Assembly: GCF_018977255.1 (NCBI RefSeq)
Contig: NW_024704743.1
Location: forward strand, 87,546,001-87,610,000
DNA: 64,000 nucleotides
Origin: Callorhinchus milii
Taxonomy: Eukaryota
Reading direction: 5' to 3'
This document shows, piece after piece, positions 23,996 through 37,175 of this stretch (its first letter is position 1; each line of letters opens with the position of its first letter). The notes under the pieces were generated by a model, which had not been told where the DNA came from, ran no database searches, and worked only from the letters and a program-made list of their open reading frames with translations. Position numbers and translations under genes: made by a program.

Positions 23996-26370
23996 TTTCT
24001 TCCTCACTCCTTTCACAGCCCTGCCTCCCCCACAAAATACACAGCCCCTTCGCACTTTATCGTATATTCTGTGAAGCGCTCGAGACGTCTCGATGACGTG
24101 ATAAGGCGCTATATCAAGTGCAATTGTTATTGTTATTCCTGACGCTTGCACCTCGCTGCAAGAGTCGGTCTTACAATTGAATCAACGCTGTGATTATCAG
24201 ATTCAAGGGTTATTATTTTTTTTTGATCAGCCGGGTCTCTCAACACACTTGGAAACCAATCACCATGAATAAGAGTATCCAAACCAAACTGAGAACTGCA
24301 TGCATCTCACCGACACCTTCCAGAGTTGTTGTTGGAATGCAAAGGGAACTAGAGTTCCTGGTACCTGTCATCCACTGGGTGAGAGCTTAATCTCGCGCTT
24401 GTTAGATGTCAAATGATTAACTAGTGATTATCCTCCTTGGAATGGGTTGGGTGAGGGTAAGCGGGTTTTCCTTGGAGCTGAACTGGCTTCAAAGTGACAT
24501 GAATGGCGAATCGAAGCCACCCTCTGTGGAGGTCTCGAAAGTCCAGTTCCTGAGCCAGGTGGGTCCATATTACTCTCGAGCACTGTTGGTGACAGCACAG
24601 CCAGCCTGGCTCATCCACAGGACTTGGAAGTGCAGACCAGTCACTGGGGGGAGGGACTCGAAATTGGCGCAAGCCTGAGTTAAATGACTCTCAGCACCAG
24701 GCAACTAAAGATGCCGGAGTGATTGTCGGGCTCAACGTCCTCTGCATCATCAATATGAGAATAATGGCTGCCATCGCCTAAGACCTTGCCAAGAAGTGGT
24801 GGTTGGGGTAATGTTCTCATCTTCATCCTGGATAGTGGCACCTTTGACAAATCCATCCTCACCCTTGAACGATAATTGCAGAAGCTTTTTAAGTTGGGTG
24901 GGTGCATATTCTGGCCCCTCAAAGTTTTCATGGGAAGGAAATTTGCCCCCTGGTTCACGGCCACTGAGGTTAACAATGTGTATTCCTCCGGGAGACAGTG
25001 CACACATATTACTCCAGAACCTCAGCAAAAAGGTCAGTGTAGGCCAGAATATTCACTCCTAGGTACAACTGTGATCTCATCCTTTCATGAAAGATATTCA
25101 GCAGTCAGAAGAACAGAGAGGAGATGTTAGATTAATTCCAGAATTTAGGGGATAGCTGTAAGGAGAGATTGACCAACCCACTTTGCTCTTGAAACGTGGG
25201 AGAAATGAGAAATGCAGGAGATTTTGTTTAGTAAGTGGGTGATGGGCATATGGGAAAAAATTATTAATACAATGATGAAATAAGGAACTCTGCCACGCAA
25301 TGGTCTAATTTTATATTACTGTATGTTTCCTATGCATTTCTATAAACTGTATAATGTACCTGCTTACCTCAAATGTAACTTATTAAATTGACAGTCACAG
25401 CATGTTGTTTTCACCAACTATTCTACTAAAAATGCCTTTTTAATTTTTTTTAAAAAAATGAGAAGCAGCCCTTCAAAGAGCAATATTTTTTTTTCCTTTG
25501 AGTTGCTTCAACATATCTCAACCCAGCTGGTTCCACCACTCAGCTCAAGTGACAGATACAATACTGAGCCTTTCGCATTTCCACATGCCCTTTGGGTATT
25601 TTGTGAACCAAGGTCATGCTGGGGTGGGAAAGAAGGCACAGCTGCATTCCTCTCAGCCTAGCCACATTGACAATAGTGGCCCTGGCACTTTAGCATGCAT
25701 GACACTGGAACTGAAATAAGCTTTTACTCTTTAAAGTCAGACATTTTTATTTCATAGTTTAATGTTGGTAGAATTGCAAGCGTTACCCACTCTAATGCCA
25801 AACATGCCAAATAAATAAGCAATTAGACTTGGATGACTGTATCTACTGTACTGCATTATGCTGTACAAAAAACAAGGCAATGAAGCTGACTGAGGAAGAA
25901 AACGAAAATAGCTCTTGTAGAAATTACAAAAGCAAAATGGAAAGTTACAGGAAATGTGGAAAACAACTTAGAATAAATACACTTGTCTGGGATCAACTAG
26001 ACCAATGGGAAGTTTCTATAAACATTTACAATTTTAATATCAAAATCTTGCAAACAAAATCAAGAATAATTTGATCCATACTTCACACATGGTACTGACC
26101 ATAACTCGCTGGTGACTTTGTTGTAATTTGGTTATATCAATGATCATCCTCTTATGACATGAATGAAATCCCATGACTCGTGGTCCCATAAGACTGTAAT
26201 TACTATGCGAAGGACACAGAAAGAATATGCTTTAGTAAAGGGCATATTGTAGTAAATATCTGCTCTATAGGAAGCTTTGGTATGTAATGTGAAAATTAGT
26301 TTTGATGATATTTATAACAAGAAAAGAAAATGTGATTTAAATGTATGCTTAAAGATAGGGCTTCTAGGGT

Positions 26371-26890
26371 GACAGCCTTGCTCAGTTCTTAACACTCTTG
26401 CCTTTGAATCAGAAGATTGTGGACTCAAGCCTCGCATCAAACAGTGCTGAAGCCACACGCTGCAATGTCAGAGGTTCCATGCTTCAGATGAGATATTAAA
26501 CTGTGGGCCCCATCTGCATGTTCAGGTAGATGTTTTATAAATCATAATAAAAATCCTTGCATTTGATATAGCGTCTTATCACATCGTCGAGAAGTCTCAA
26601 AGTGCTTTACGGTATATCTTTTTGACCGTGCCTTTGGTCACCTTCCTCCCCCTCCCCCTGGCTCGGCCCCGGCATCCGGTACTGTGAAGCACTCTGAGAT
26701 GCCGTCTGGCGTGGAGGGTGCTATATAAATCCAAGTTGTTGTTGTTGTTATGTACTATAAAATGGATTCACTGTATATTTTGTGGAGAAAATATCCAGTG
26801 GCATATTCAAAAAGACAAGGGAGTTTCTCACAGTGTCCCAGCCAACAAATCCTCCAAATAAAATTGATTATTGACTTCATGGCTATTGTG
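26371..26890 (+). mobile_element. Nested cluster: DeuSINE-like (+) containing a SINE tail (-, ~26544-26785) containing an L2 3' end (+, 26618-26749)
   Basis: Each outer element resumes after the inner one. Confidence 0.75.
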
Positions 26891-29754
26891 TCTCCCCTAT
26901 CCTCCTTCTGCCCCTACTCTGGAATTCCATCCCAGAGTGTCTCAGCCTCGCTCCCTCCTTCACCTCGTTCAAGGCCCATCTCACGATATACCTCCTATAC
27001 TGGGTTCCCCCCACCCCCAATCCCATTCAGCTCCCACCCCCTTCGGATGCCCAACCAGCAGTGTCAAGTGCTTTGAGACATCCTCCCTACATAAAAGGTG
27101 TTATACTGTATAAATGTAAGTTGTATTGTATTGTGGAATATTGCTATGAAGTGGTTTGAGGTGTCCTCCTGATGTGAACCTCCGGTTCTATATCAAATGC
27201 GAGGATTTTTAAAATGTTTATATTTATTTATTTTAGAGAGCGGATTTTTCTTCAGACAGTTCCAGAGCCATGTTTGATTTCAGTTGGGTGGGGTTTGTGG
27301 TGGTGAAGGCTGTTATTTGAGGCCCTGGAGCAATGTTTTTATGTTTGTATTTAGTGTTTCGCTTTTATTGTAAGATAACATGTGATGATATAGAATTGAA
27401 TCGCTACACCCATGGCCAGGAATCATTTGGTGCCTTGATCTCTTTCCTCTCTCCAACCCACCCCACCATCAACATCAACACTCCCTAAAAATTCAAGGCT
27501 TTAATCACTGGAGTTGAGGACCAATATCATTCCCAGCCAGGGGTACAATCCTGCTTCATCGTACGTTGCTTTAAAATTATGAATAAAAGCTGCATTTACA
27601 AATTGAATCTCGAGCCTCGAATAAAGGTCTTCACAATCGTCATTAACTAAAAACAAGCATGGAGCATTTTAATTCTGAAAAGGCCTGAGGGATGAACAGT
27701 CTCTAGAAGTAGGGAGTAGGGAAAGGTGTTCAGTTCCAAACCTGTTAAGGACAGGCTTTCAAGGACATGATGTAATTAATTTTTCTGTGGTCCTAGTTAT
27801 AATTATCACTGGTGCAAACCCTTGACTGTGCAGCGCCTTGGAACTTCCTTTCGATGTGAAATGCTCTATATGAATGTAATTTGTTTGTTTGGTGTATAAA
27901 TATCATATCAAATGCTGCATTTTCCTGCCCAACTATACAGATGCAAAAGATTATTATTACTGTATTGCAATGACGTAAGGCTCATTGTTATTAATAAAAC
28001 AAATCCTTGATGTTGCTCATGACTCAAATGCGCCATTTTATGATGTTTGGTTTATAAATTATCATATTGCTAATCATCGAAGGATTTTTGTGGCTGTTAA
28101 AAATCTTTCTAGATTTATGTATTGGTGGTAGCTATTACATAGGCATATTCAAAACATTAATTTTCTATCCCTATGATCACATGGAAGAAGTGTAATGTAG
28201 TTGAAAAGATATATCTCACACTCAAATATAAATTAATCTTATAAATCCATCAGGGTACTATTCATATTGTGCAACATGAAAAAGCTTAAAAATAGTGCAG
28301 CAATGCTTATGTTGCAACATTATAGATGAAAAGTGAGGAATAAAACACAATAACTGCCATGAACAGTGTGGCCAAGAGATGGTGCTGTGGTATTTACTAA
28401 AATGCATTTTTCGAGGCATATTGTCATTGTTTATCTGCATTTTACTGTGGACTAGCTGCAAAGATAGACTAGTGACTGGATATCTTGCAGTTTATGCCAA
28501 CTTGGTGCGGCCAGCCAGTTGGGACTCCTGAAGTGAGACTTGAGGTGGAAGCTCTGGTTGATGCTATCTACCTGCCTTTGGCTAGACACCTGGTGAGTGC
28601 TGGTGGTACGACCAATGATCTCCAGACTACCATCTGGGAAAAGCCTGAGTGCAAATGATAGTTGAGACTGGGATTCAATCCCAGATCAACCAGTCCGCAG
28701 AGCAGCTGTGCATCCCCACAGGGCCATAGCCATGTAAGAATAAGTCTGGTAAGAGAAATTTTTAGTAATGAACAAGTTTGCTTCATGTATAGATTTCAAT
28801 AATATTTGTGTAGTATTATCTTTCTGAAAAGACAAAGCCATTCTACTGTGGAATTTTCAGTTGTAATACATTTTAAATGAACGTGTGTTTAAAGCTTAGC
28901 TCAGGTTAGTAGCACTCTCGTTTCTAGATCAGAAATTTATGGGTCAAGTTCCACATAGGGACGCAGTGGAGATTGATACTTCAGTGCAATACTGTGGAAC
29001 ACTGCCTTATTGGCGGTGTCATCCTTTGCGTGAGATGTTAACTGAGGTCGCTGCTGAATGTTAAAGACTCCTTAACAATATTTGAAAAGGGTATCCCAGT
29101 GCCCTTGCCACAATCCTCAAGAGTAATTGGTCACTCACCTCATGATTGTGTGGACTTTGTTGGACTTTGTTGTGTGCAAAATGGCTGTCGTGTTTGCCCA
29201 TAAAAAGTAATTACATATAAGAACGATTACTGTGAAGCATTTTTATTGTTTTAAGTGGTTCAAAAATATAGTTCCTTTTTTCTTTAATATGTGTCCCTGT
29301 GCTTTAATTCAGATTTGGTCTGTAAACTGGTGCTGTGTGGGTAATTTAATTGGAACTTCCCCATTTAAAAGGTTGACTGTGTAGAGTGTCTGATGCTAGG
29401 AACATCAAAAAGCATCACACTGAAGTAAAATAAAACAGGCAGAAGATGGAATGGATAATTTTGGACACTAAAGATTTAGTAAGATATATCTATAGCCAAA
29501 ACCATGCTTAAATTAATGGTGACCATGCTTCATGATGCTTGTCCAGCCATAACTGTTTTTGGTTTGCTGGGAATACTTACACTCTTTGGGCTTAGTGATG
29601 AGCCAGGCAATCTGGTCAGCAATGCTAGTTTCCACAGAACCATTTCAACCCCATAAAAAAACATGAATGGGAAAAGACCTTTCGGCCGTCAAGACTATTG
29701 CTATTCCACAGCCATACAAAAACACACATTCTTTCATGTAAATTATCACGCTGA

Positions 29755-30665
29755 CAACAATAACAACTTGCATTTACATAAGTGCCCCTCATGTAGGGCA
29801 GCGTCCCAGCACGCTTGACAGTGGCAGAGCACAACGCTGAGCCAGGGGGAGGGGCAGCTGACCGTAGGCATGCTCCAAAAGGAAAGTCTTCAGGCATGAC
29901 CTTAAGATGGGGAATAAAGGGGCAAGGATAGTGGAAGAGTGTTCCAGAATTTCGGAGGATAGTGGCTGAAAGCACGGCCATCATATGGTGGAACGGAGGA
30001 CACGAGGTACATGCGGAAGGCTGGAGCCAGTCAAACGGAGGCAACGGGTTGTGGGTTGAGGGGTAAGCAGGTCAGAGAGGTAGGGAAGTGCCAGGGCCTG
30101 AAGGGATATGAAAATGAATGTGAGAATCTTGAAATTGATCCGTTCCATGATAGAGAGCCGGTGGAGCCTGTCTAGAACTGGTGTGATGGGGGCACGGAGT
30201 TTAGTGTGGGTAGGTATGTGGGCTACGGAGTTTTGGATTAGCTGTATCTTGTGGATGGTGGAGCTGGGGAGACCGGCAAAGAGGGCATTTGAAAAGTTGA
30301 GTTGGGAGGTGGCGAACGCATGGACGAGTGTTTTGGCTGCGTCTGGGGTAAGGTATGGTCGAAGGCGGGCAATGTGGCGGAGGTGGAGGAAGGCGACCCT
30401 GGTCAGGAACCAGATCTGGGCAAGGAAGGACAGCTGTGGGTCGAACCTCGTACCTAGGTTGCGCACTAGTTTGGTTTGTCTGAAGGATAGGCCAGGGAGG
30501 TTGAGGAGGTCAGAGCCGCAGCATAGCAGACATTGACGGGAGCCAATGAGTATGGCTTCCATCTTGTAAAAATTTAGTTGTAGGAAGTTTTCTCTCATCC
30601 AGGCCCTGATGTCTGCCAGACAAGCCAAGAGAACATCAGCGGGCCTGGAGTCATACCGATCTATC
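29755..30665 (-). mobile_element. L2 LINE 3' portion
   Basis: CLADIRAWMRENFLQLN...RHIARLRPYLTPDAAKTLVHAF, plus tail. Confidence 0.92.
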
Positions 30666-33233
30666 TCCTGGGGAAAAATAGTGTAAAGATACTCTCTGAT
30701 CCACAAAGAATGATTTTGTAAAAGCTACAGAATGGGGGAAGGGGCAAGATTGAGGGATAGAGAGTTCCAGGTTAGAAGCATATAATCCAATGGTGGTTCA
30801 AAGTGGGCAAGTCCAAGTTTGGTGAGCGGAGGGGTAGGGCAGAGGAGTGAAGCAGGAGAAGCTCATAGAATTAGGGAGGTGCTAGAACATGAAGGGATTC
30901 ATAGGTGAGGGTGAGAACTTTTGAAATCGATCTACTGGCAGACAGCAATGGAATATTTACAGTATGGAAATACGTGTATCCAATTCACTTTTTAAATGCT
31001 ATTATGGGCATGGCTTCAACAACCATTTGAGACAAAGTATCATTCTAACAAACCTCTACGTAAAACATACATCCACAACTGTATTATATTTTGGTTTGTT
31101 TATGTATGTTCACATATGCAGTGCCGAATACATGTATACATTAGACGTCACATGGATGCATACAACAGCTGCTGCTGTGTGTGTACATCAGGCATTAAGT
31201 GCATGCTGTGAGAGAATGGAGTGAATATGCTGGGCAGAATAAGGCTGATGCACTGAGAAATTCAGTGACTATTTGTAGTCCAAGTGAAATAGACCTAGAG
31301 GAAACCTGCCCCAGAAGTGGGTTTACTGATTGCCAGGATTGCTTTGTAGCACAGAAGGTCTGTCTGAGTCCCACCTCTGTGCTCAAAATGTATTATAAAA
31401 ATAACCCAAGAATGGCTAGTTGTCTGGAGAGCAAGGATCAACATCTGGTTCAAAATAGTCTCTGTCTTCCATCGAGCTAGATAAGCTTTAGATTGGCTGA
31501 TATGTGCTCTGCATTAATCTTTCCTGCATGAATAAATCTTCTGTTGTTAATGTACCCATCTGTCTGTGAGCACATTTACTAAGAAAATATGCATAATGTG
31601 CAGACAGAGCTACTACACTTTGATGCTTAAACATGGGGCTTATTGCAATATACATTGCTCTCCAGAACTGGAATTCACATTTGGTGCTTGCAGCATGGGG
31701 CATAAAAAATGAAACACAAAACTTTGTGTGTTCAGAGGCTACAAGGCAATAATAATTAAGGCTATTATGATCCTATTTAACAATATCTTTGTTCCAGGTA
31801 CTCCATGGCAACCAATTGGTTTGTGAGTGAGTTTGTGATTGTGTGTATGAAGGCGAGCAAGCTGGTTTAATAGAAGTGCAAAATTGTTAACAGAAGATTA
31901 CAAGGTATTATAAAGGGACGTCTCAATTTTGCTCTATTTAAACAAATTGGTTCTTTTTATTTTCATACCCACCCACAAAAAGAGCCTTTCACATCAGTCT
32001 TCTGAGTTTCAAGGTTATGGCTTTACAGCTTCCGACATTGCTGGAGAACCTGCTCATTGCAGTATTTGGCCAATCCAGGTGGAGCTCGCAGAAGCAGTGT
32101 GAAACAGATCCAATTATTGCATTCTTACTTCCTAAATGATAGTCCAGTGTTGCAACATTATTATTACTTGACTTTTTCAACAATGGACCATGTTCTAGTT
32201 ATAGATTTTTCAATCAAACCTGAAAAGGCACAAATAAAATAATGATGTTTGCACTTGATGTAGTAACATATTAATCATTTCAGGAAGGTGTAGACCATTG
32301 ACCCTAGCCTACCCTATCCAATTTCCCCAAAGATTCCTTTGGCTTACTTGTCTCATGTATCCTGAGCACCACAAAAGTTATGAAGATTTTTAGTTTTCAG
32401 GAACTTGTCTAGCACCTCATCACGTCAGAATGTCTCAAAGTATTTCACACAATTAATTTTTTTGAAGTGCATTGACATATATAGGCAAACTCAGCAGCTA
32501 ATCTATGCCAACAACATCTGTGGATGTTGGAGGAATACTGGCAAAGATACAGCGAGAATTCCCTGCACAAACTGGGACCATCAGATTTTTAACATACAAC
32601 AGCAACTTGGATTTATATAGCGCGCCTCATGCAGGGTAGGATCCCAGAACGCTTGACAGTGGCATAGAACGATGCCAAGCCAGGGGGACGGTGAGGTGAT
32701 CGTAGGCATGGTTGACCAGGAAGGTTTTCAGGCGCGACCTGAAGATGGGGAAGGAAGGGGCAAGGCGGAGGGATAGAGGAAGAGTGTTCCAGAGCTTCGG
32801 GGCGTAGTGGCTGAAAGCATGGCCACCAATGGTGGAACAAAGGGCATTTGAACAGGCAGAAAATCTTGTCTTAATGTTTCAGTTGAAGGGTAGCACTTCA
32901 GACAATGCAATGCACCATCAGTAATGCTGTGGAGTGTCATCTTAAATCATGAACTCAAGGCCTGGTCTGGGACTTGCACCCACTAACTTTGTGATACGAA
33001 AGTAAAAAGGCGACTAAATGAATCAGCTAGCACAGGAAAATGAGACTGAAACATTAATCATAAGGAATAAAATTGCTTAAGTACTTTACATTTCTATCTT
33101 TATGTAAGAGTATAGAACCAGATAGAACCAGAGAAGTGATAATCTTAGAATTAACCATTTAAACAAATATTGTATTTTACACGCACATCATATGAATTAC
33201 ACAGCACCAGATTTTCTATCTAACTTTCGCTGA

Positions 33234-33511
33234 ATAATAATAATCCTTGCATTTGATATAGTGCCTTATCAAGTCGTCTTAAAGCGCTTCATAGAATATA
33301 CTGTAAAGTCAATTGACTATATTTTGTGGGTGGTGTGGCAGCCAATAGCACACAGCAGTGTTCCACAAACAATGGTGGATTGAATGACCAAATTATTAAT
33401 ATTTTGTTTTGAAAGGATTATTACCCCCGGAAAGCAATCCATCAATCGACTAACAACTGGATTCCTACTTACTGGTAGGTAAAAAGAGGTGTGTGGATAA
33501 GGGAACTTACC
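33234..33511 (-). mobile_element. tRNA-SINE (long subfamily), 5'-truncated
   Basis: (TTA)n tail, hairpin and body matching 36797-37175. Confidence 0.8.
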
Positions 33512-34933
33512 TATGAATGGATATCTTATTTCTTGCTATAATAATAATATTATAGTGTTATAATTCCTTGTTATTCAGTATTTTTAGCCTGATTTCAGAG
33601 AATCCTCTTTCAGGCTTATCGTAACTGTTATCTTCTATACTCTTGTAAACCCTTTGAAAATTTACGGGCTGCAAATTCATTAATATGCAAAACAAATGTA
33701 AATGATTTGAAAACCACTGGAGGATGGCCTTCACAGCAATCTTAGCTCCCACTAAAAACATATGGGACGGCACTGCCAGCTCGGCAAAATATAAAAAGAA
33801 CATCTTACTTGAAAATTCCTCCCCCCCCATCCACCCCAAATCAGGACATATGACAGGTCACAAGAGGCTTTTCTAAAACTCGTTAATAGCAATTTTTGAA
33901 AAAGAATTTTAAAATGTTCAGAGGAATGAATAATTTAGACGCAAGCAGGTTATTTAACCTGAGTGCAAAACTGGAGTTAAAAATTCCTCTGATCATTAAA
34001 AATTAGGCGAACAGTTAGTGAATAATCCCAAATCCTAGCTTAGTTGATAGCACTCTAGCCTCTAGGCACAGGGTTTTAAGTGCTCTAAGTCGCCTCCGGT
34101 GTGAAGGGCGCTATATCAATACAAGTTGTTGATGTGGTTGTTGTGGGTTCAAATCTTGCATCATGGACTTTGAGCTTATGATCTACACTGACACTTAAGT
34201 GGTGGTGAGGCAGTGTTTGCATTGTTGGAGCTGCCGTCCTTTGAATAAGACGCTGAACTAACTGAAAGTGCTTGTCTGCCTGTTCAGGTGCAGATTCAAA
34301 AACCAATGACACTAATCAAAAAAGACGGGAGTTTCTCCTGGCGATCTAGCCAACAATCTCCCAGATAAAAATGGTCATTCACCTGCTAGATAAAGTGGCT
34401 TTGTTTTTGCCATACGCAGTCTCTACACTCAATAATAATTACTGTGAAATTCTAAGAAGTTTCAATGTGATAAGGTTCCATATGCAAGGATTATTACTAT
34501 GAATTATAATCCTTGCAGTGCTTAAATGCCTAAATACCGAATGAGAAGCCTACAATTTTGTTAGTATTAAAAGGAAACATTAAGATGAGAAAGCAGTTTT
34601 CTCTCTGGTTGGGTCATAGATGGGTGCAATGGATAACCGATACAATCATTCATGGTGATTCGATCAACATTAATGCTTTGTTTATTCTGTTCTGAAGTAC
34701 TATAGCTTCCCTCAGTAACTTCCCTCCTCTTGCATTCATCCATTAACAAATACTTCAGAGTTCTGAGAATGCACAACTAAATGCATATGCATAATTCTCA
34801 AATTGATTGCTAGTTTTCTAATATTATTATAGAGTTGATTGCATGGTTGATGCTTCAATAACATTAAAAATCATACCTTAGACCATATATTAGACAGACA
34901 AAAGAACCTTGAAGGAACCAATGGAAAAGTTAA

Positions 34934-34958
34934 NNNNNNNNNNNNNNNNNNNNNNNNN
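34934..34958. other. Assembly gap (25 N)
   Basis: Run of N; a single n also occurs at 47510. Confidence 1.
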
Positions 34959-35085
34959 CCCCATGTTGGGATTTGGAATAACATATTTGAAACTCCAATG
35001 CAGTCCTGGGGTGTCTTGCATTGTCGGAGGTGCGATACTTAAACTGGGGTACTGTCTGCAGTTCAGATGGATATTAAAAATCTGT
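34959..35085 (+). mobile_element. Body of the DeuSINE-like element whose head ends at 21294
   Basis: CCCCATGTTGGGATTTGGAATAACA...ACTCCAATGCAG...TTCAGATGGATATTAAAAATC matches the family sequence that follows the head. Confidence 0.8.
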
Positions 35086-35577
35086 CAGCAATAGCAACCT
35101 GGAGGATTGCGACCCCGTTTGCTCGGGAACTGGCTCACAAATACTCTTAAGTATGATAATCGCGTTCCACATGATATGGCTTTCAGACATCCCGGGCTGA
35201 CTAAAAGAAACCTAAAAGATTATTTGTTTATAGTAACTTGTGAACAAATGTTTCACAAATGGTGTCCTGTTTTGCTGATTTGAGACTGAAAGGGACAAGT
35301 CAGAACAAAGCATTTATGGATCAACAAGAGATTCTTCTACTGTGCAGCAGAGAAATTCTCCGCCTGATAACTCCGAGCACTTTTGCAGGAAATAAGTGAT
35401 TGAACTCACTCATTGCTCACAGATAACTTAGCTCAATTAGAGCTCACTTAAACAGACTCATTAGTTGTACCAAATATTCTAGGTTACAAAGCAATTACTA
35501 ACATTCATTATAAACATTACAATTGTTTGTTCTCGCCACTGTGAACACTTACTTTTCTTTCGCTACGTATGACTTAC

Positions 35578-35646
35578 CCTTTTTAGCTTGGTAATGTTAC
35601 CATATTTCTTGAATGGTTCTATAACTTTAGCTTCCAGCCTTTCAAC
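35578..35646 (-). CDS. CIBAR1: CIBAR1 exon 3
   Basis: ttttctag | VERLEAKVIEPFKKYGNITKLKR | gtaagt; 69 nt. Confidence 0.95.
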
Positions 35647-36022
35647 CTAGAAAATAAAAACAGAATCATTTCTAAACAGAGTGAAAATGCAGGGAAATAT
35701 ATACAAAAGTGTGCAGAGCTTGGTAGAAACAGAAGGGAAGCTCAGAGGGGCAATGACCTCTGTAATATTCATAAAATAAAAGTAAAACAGAGTAAAACAT
35801 GATTGGCTTCAAAAGCTCTGCTTTGCACCTAATCAGCAACACATTATTTCTTGCAAATACTACAATTAAAAATTGATTAAACGTTAATACATTGGGGTTG
35901 AGCACATTTTTGACTCCATATCTATAACCACTGCAAGTCCTCTCTCTCTCTCTTTCACACACGCAGAGTCTAAAAATGACCAAGTCTAGTTAGCAGGCAA
36001 TTAAATGAGTACAATTGCTCAC

Positions 36023-36257
36023 CTGCGCTTGTCGATAATCTTGCACTGTTGCAAGCTGATCTGCAAAGTTGACCAGGCCAGATTTCACATTAGGAGTTTC
36101 CGTTTCAGCATATGTTCGGATTTCTTTCACCAAGAGATCAGATTTGTCACGCAGCCTAGCAGTTTTTCGTACATAGGCTGCAAATAAGCCGCAGAATTCA
36201 CCAAAGTACTTTTCCACATTTGCAACAGTGCTCTGAATATATTTGTTTTGATTGTCT
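36023..36257 (-). CDS. CIBAR1: CIBAR1 exon 2 (BAR domain N-terminal part)
   Basis: ttttcag | (R)DNQNKYIQSTVANVEKYFGEFCGLFAAYVRKTARLRDKSDLLVKEIRTYAETETPNVKSGLVNFADQLATVQDYRQAQ | gtgagc; 235 nt, follows a phase-2 intron. Confidence 0.96.
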
Positions 36258-36796
36258 CTGAAAATGTAAAGAGAAATATCATGAAGAATCTTTAGATGTC
36301 TCAGTAAGTGGAACTTTGCATCTTTGCAAGTAGAACCTTGATTATCTACTTCACTTGCATTTCCGAAGTGCTACGGAATTTAAAATAGTTCTCAAATCAT
36401 CTTTTATCAATTAGATAATCATATCAATCTGCCTTTTCAATGACTGAATTTAACTTTACTTTTACTCCCCTGCCCAAACCCCACACGCATTCCTCTCTAT
36501 CTCTCTTGACAGCACTACTCATGCTGCTGACTGCCACAGATGTCATCAGACCTCAAAGTACCTTGCCTGACATGCCCAAGCCTATTATCTTCATTGGAAT
36601 ATTCCATTCGCAACTCATCCTAATCTTGTCTTCATACATGATATACGTACATATCTAGATAAGGACCATCCTTATTTAGATATCATAAAATAAAAGTGAA
36701 ATAGAGTAAAACAAGATTGGCTTCAAAAGCTCTGCTTTGCAATCAGGCAAAAAGTTATTTTTTGCAAATATTAAAATTGAATACTGATTAAACATG

Positions 36797-37175
36797 TGGA
36801 GTCCTGTAACTTAGTGGTTAAAGCACTCGCCTCACAAGCGAGAGACCTGGGTTCGATTCCCGGCAGGCGAATCGCTGGGCAAATTTCCTTACTCCATACA
36901 CCTCTGTTCACCTAGCAGTAAGTAGGAAACTGGTTGTTAGTCAATTGGTGGATCGCTTTTCCCGGGGTAATAGTCCCTTCCAAAAAATAAGTAAATAATA
37001 ATAATTTGGTCACTCAATCCACGACTGTTTGTGGGACACTGCTATGCGCAATTGGCTCCAGCGTTTTGCCAACAAAAATATGCAGTTAAGTCACTTTACA
37101 GTATATTCTGTAAAGCGCTTTGAGACGTCTTGAAGACGTGATAAGGCGCTATATCAAATGCAAAGATTATTATTA
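36797..37175 (+). mobile_element. tRNA-SINE, long subfamily, full length
   Basis: A and B boxes, CORE-like segment, hairpin tail with TTGAA loop, (TTA)n. Confidence 0.9.

Noticed and set aside
36023..36257. Assignment to CIBAR2/FAM92B because of EKYFG.FC and QAQ
   Set aside because: Downstream exons, the acidic tail and adjacency to RBM12B fit CIBAR1/FAM92A better.
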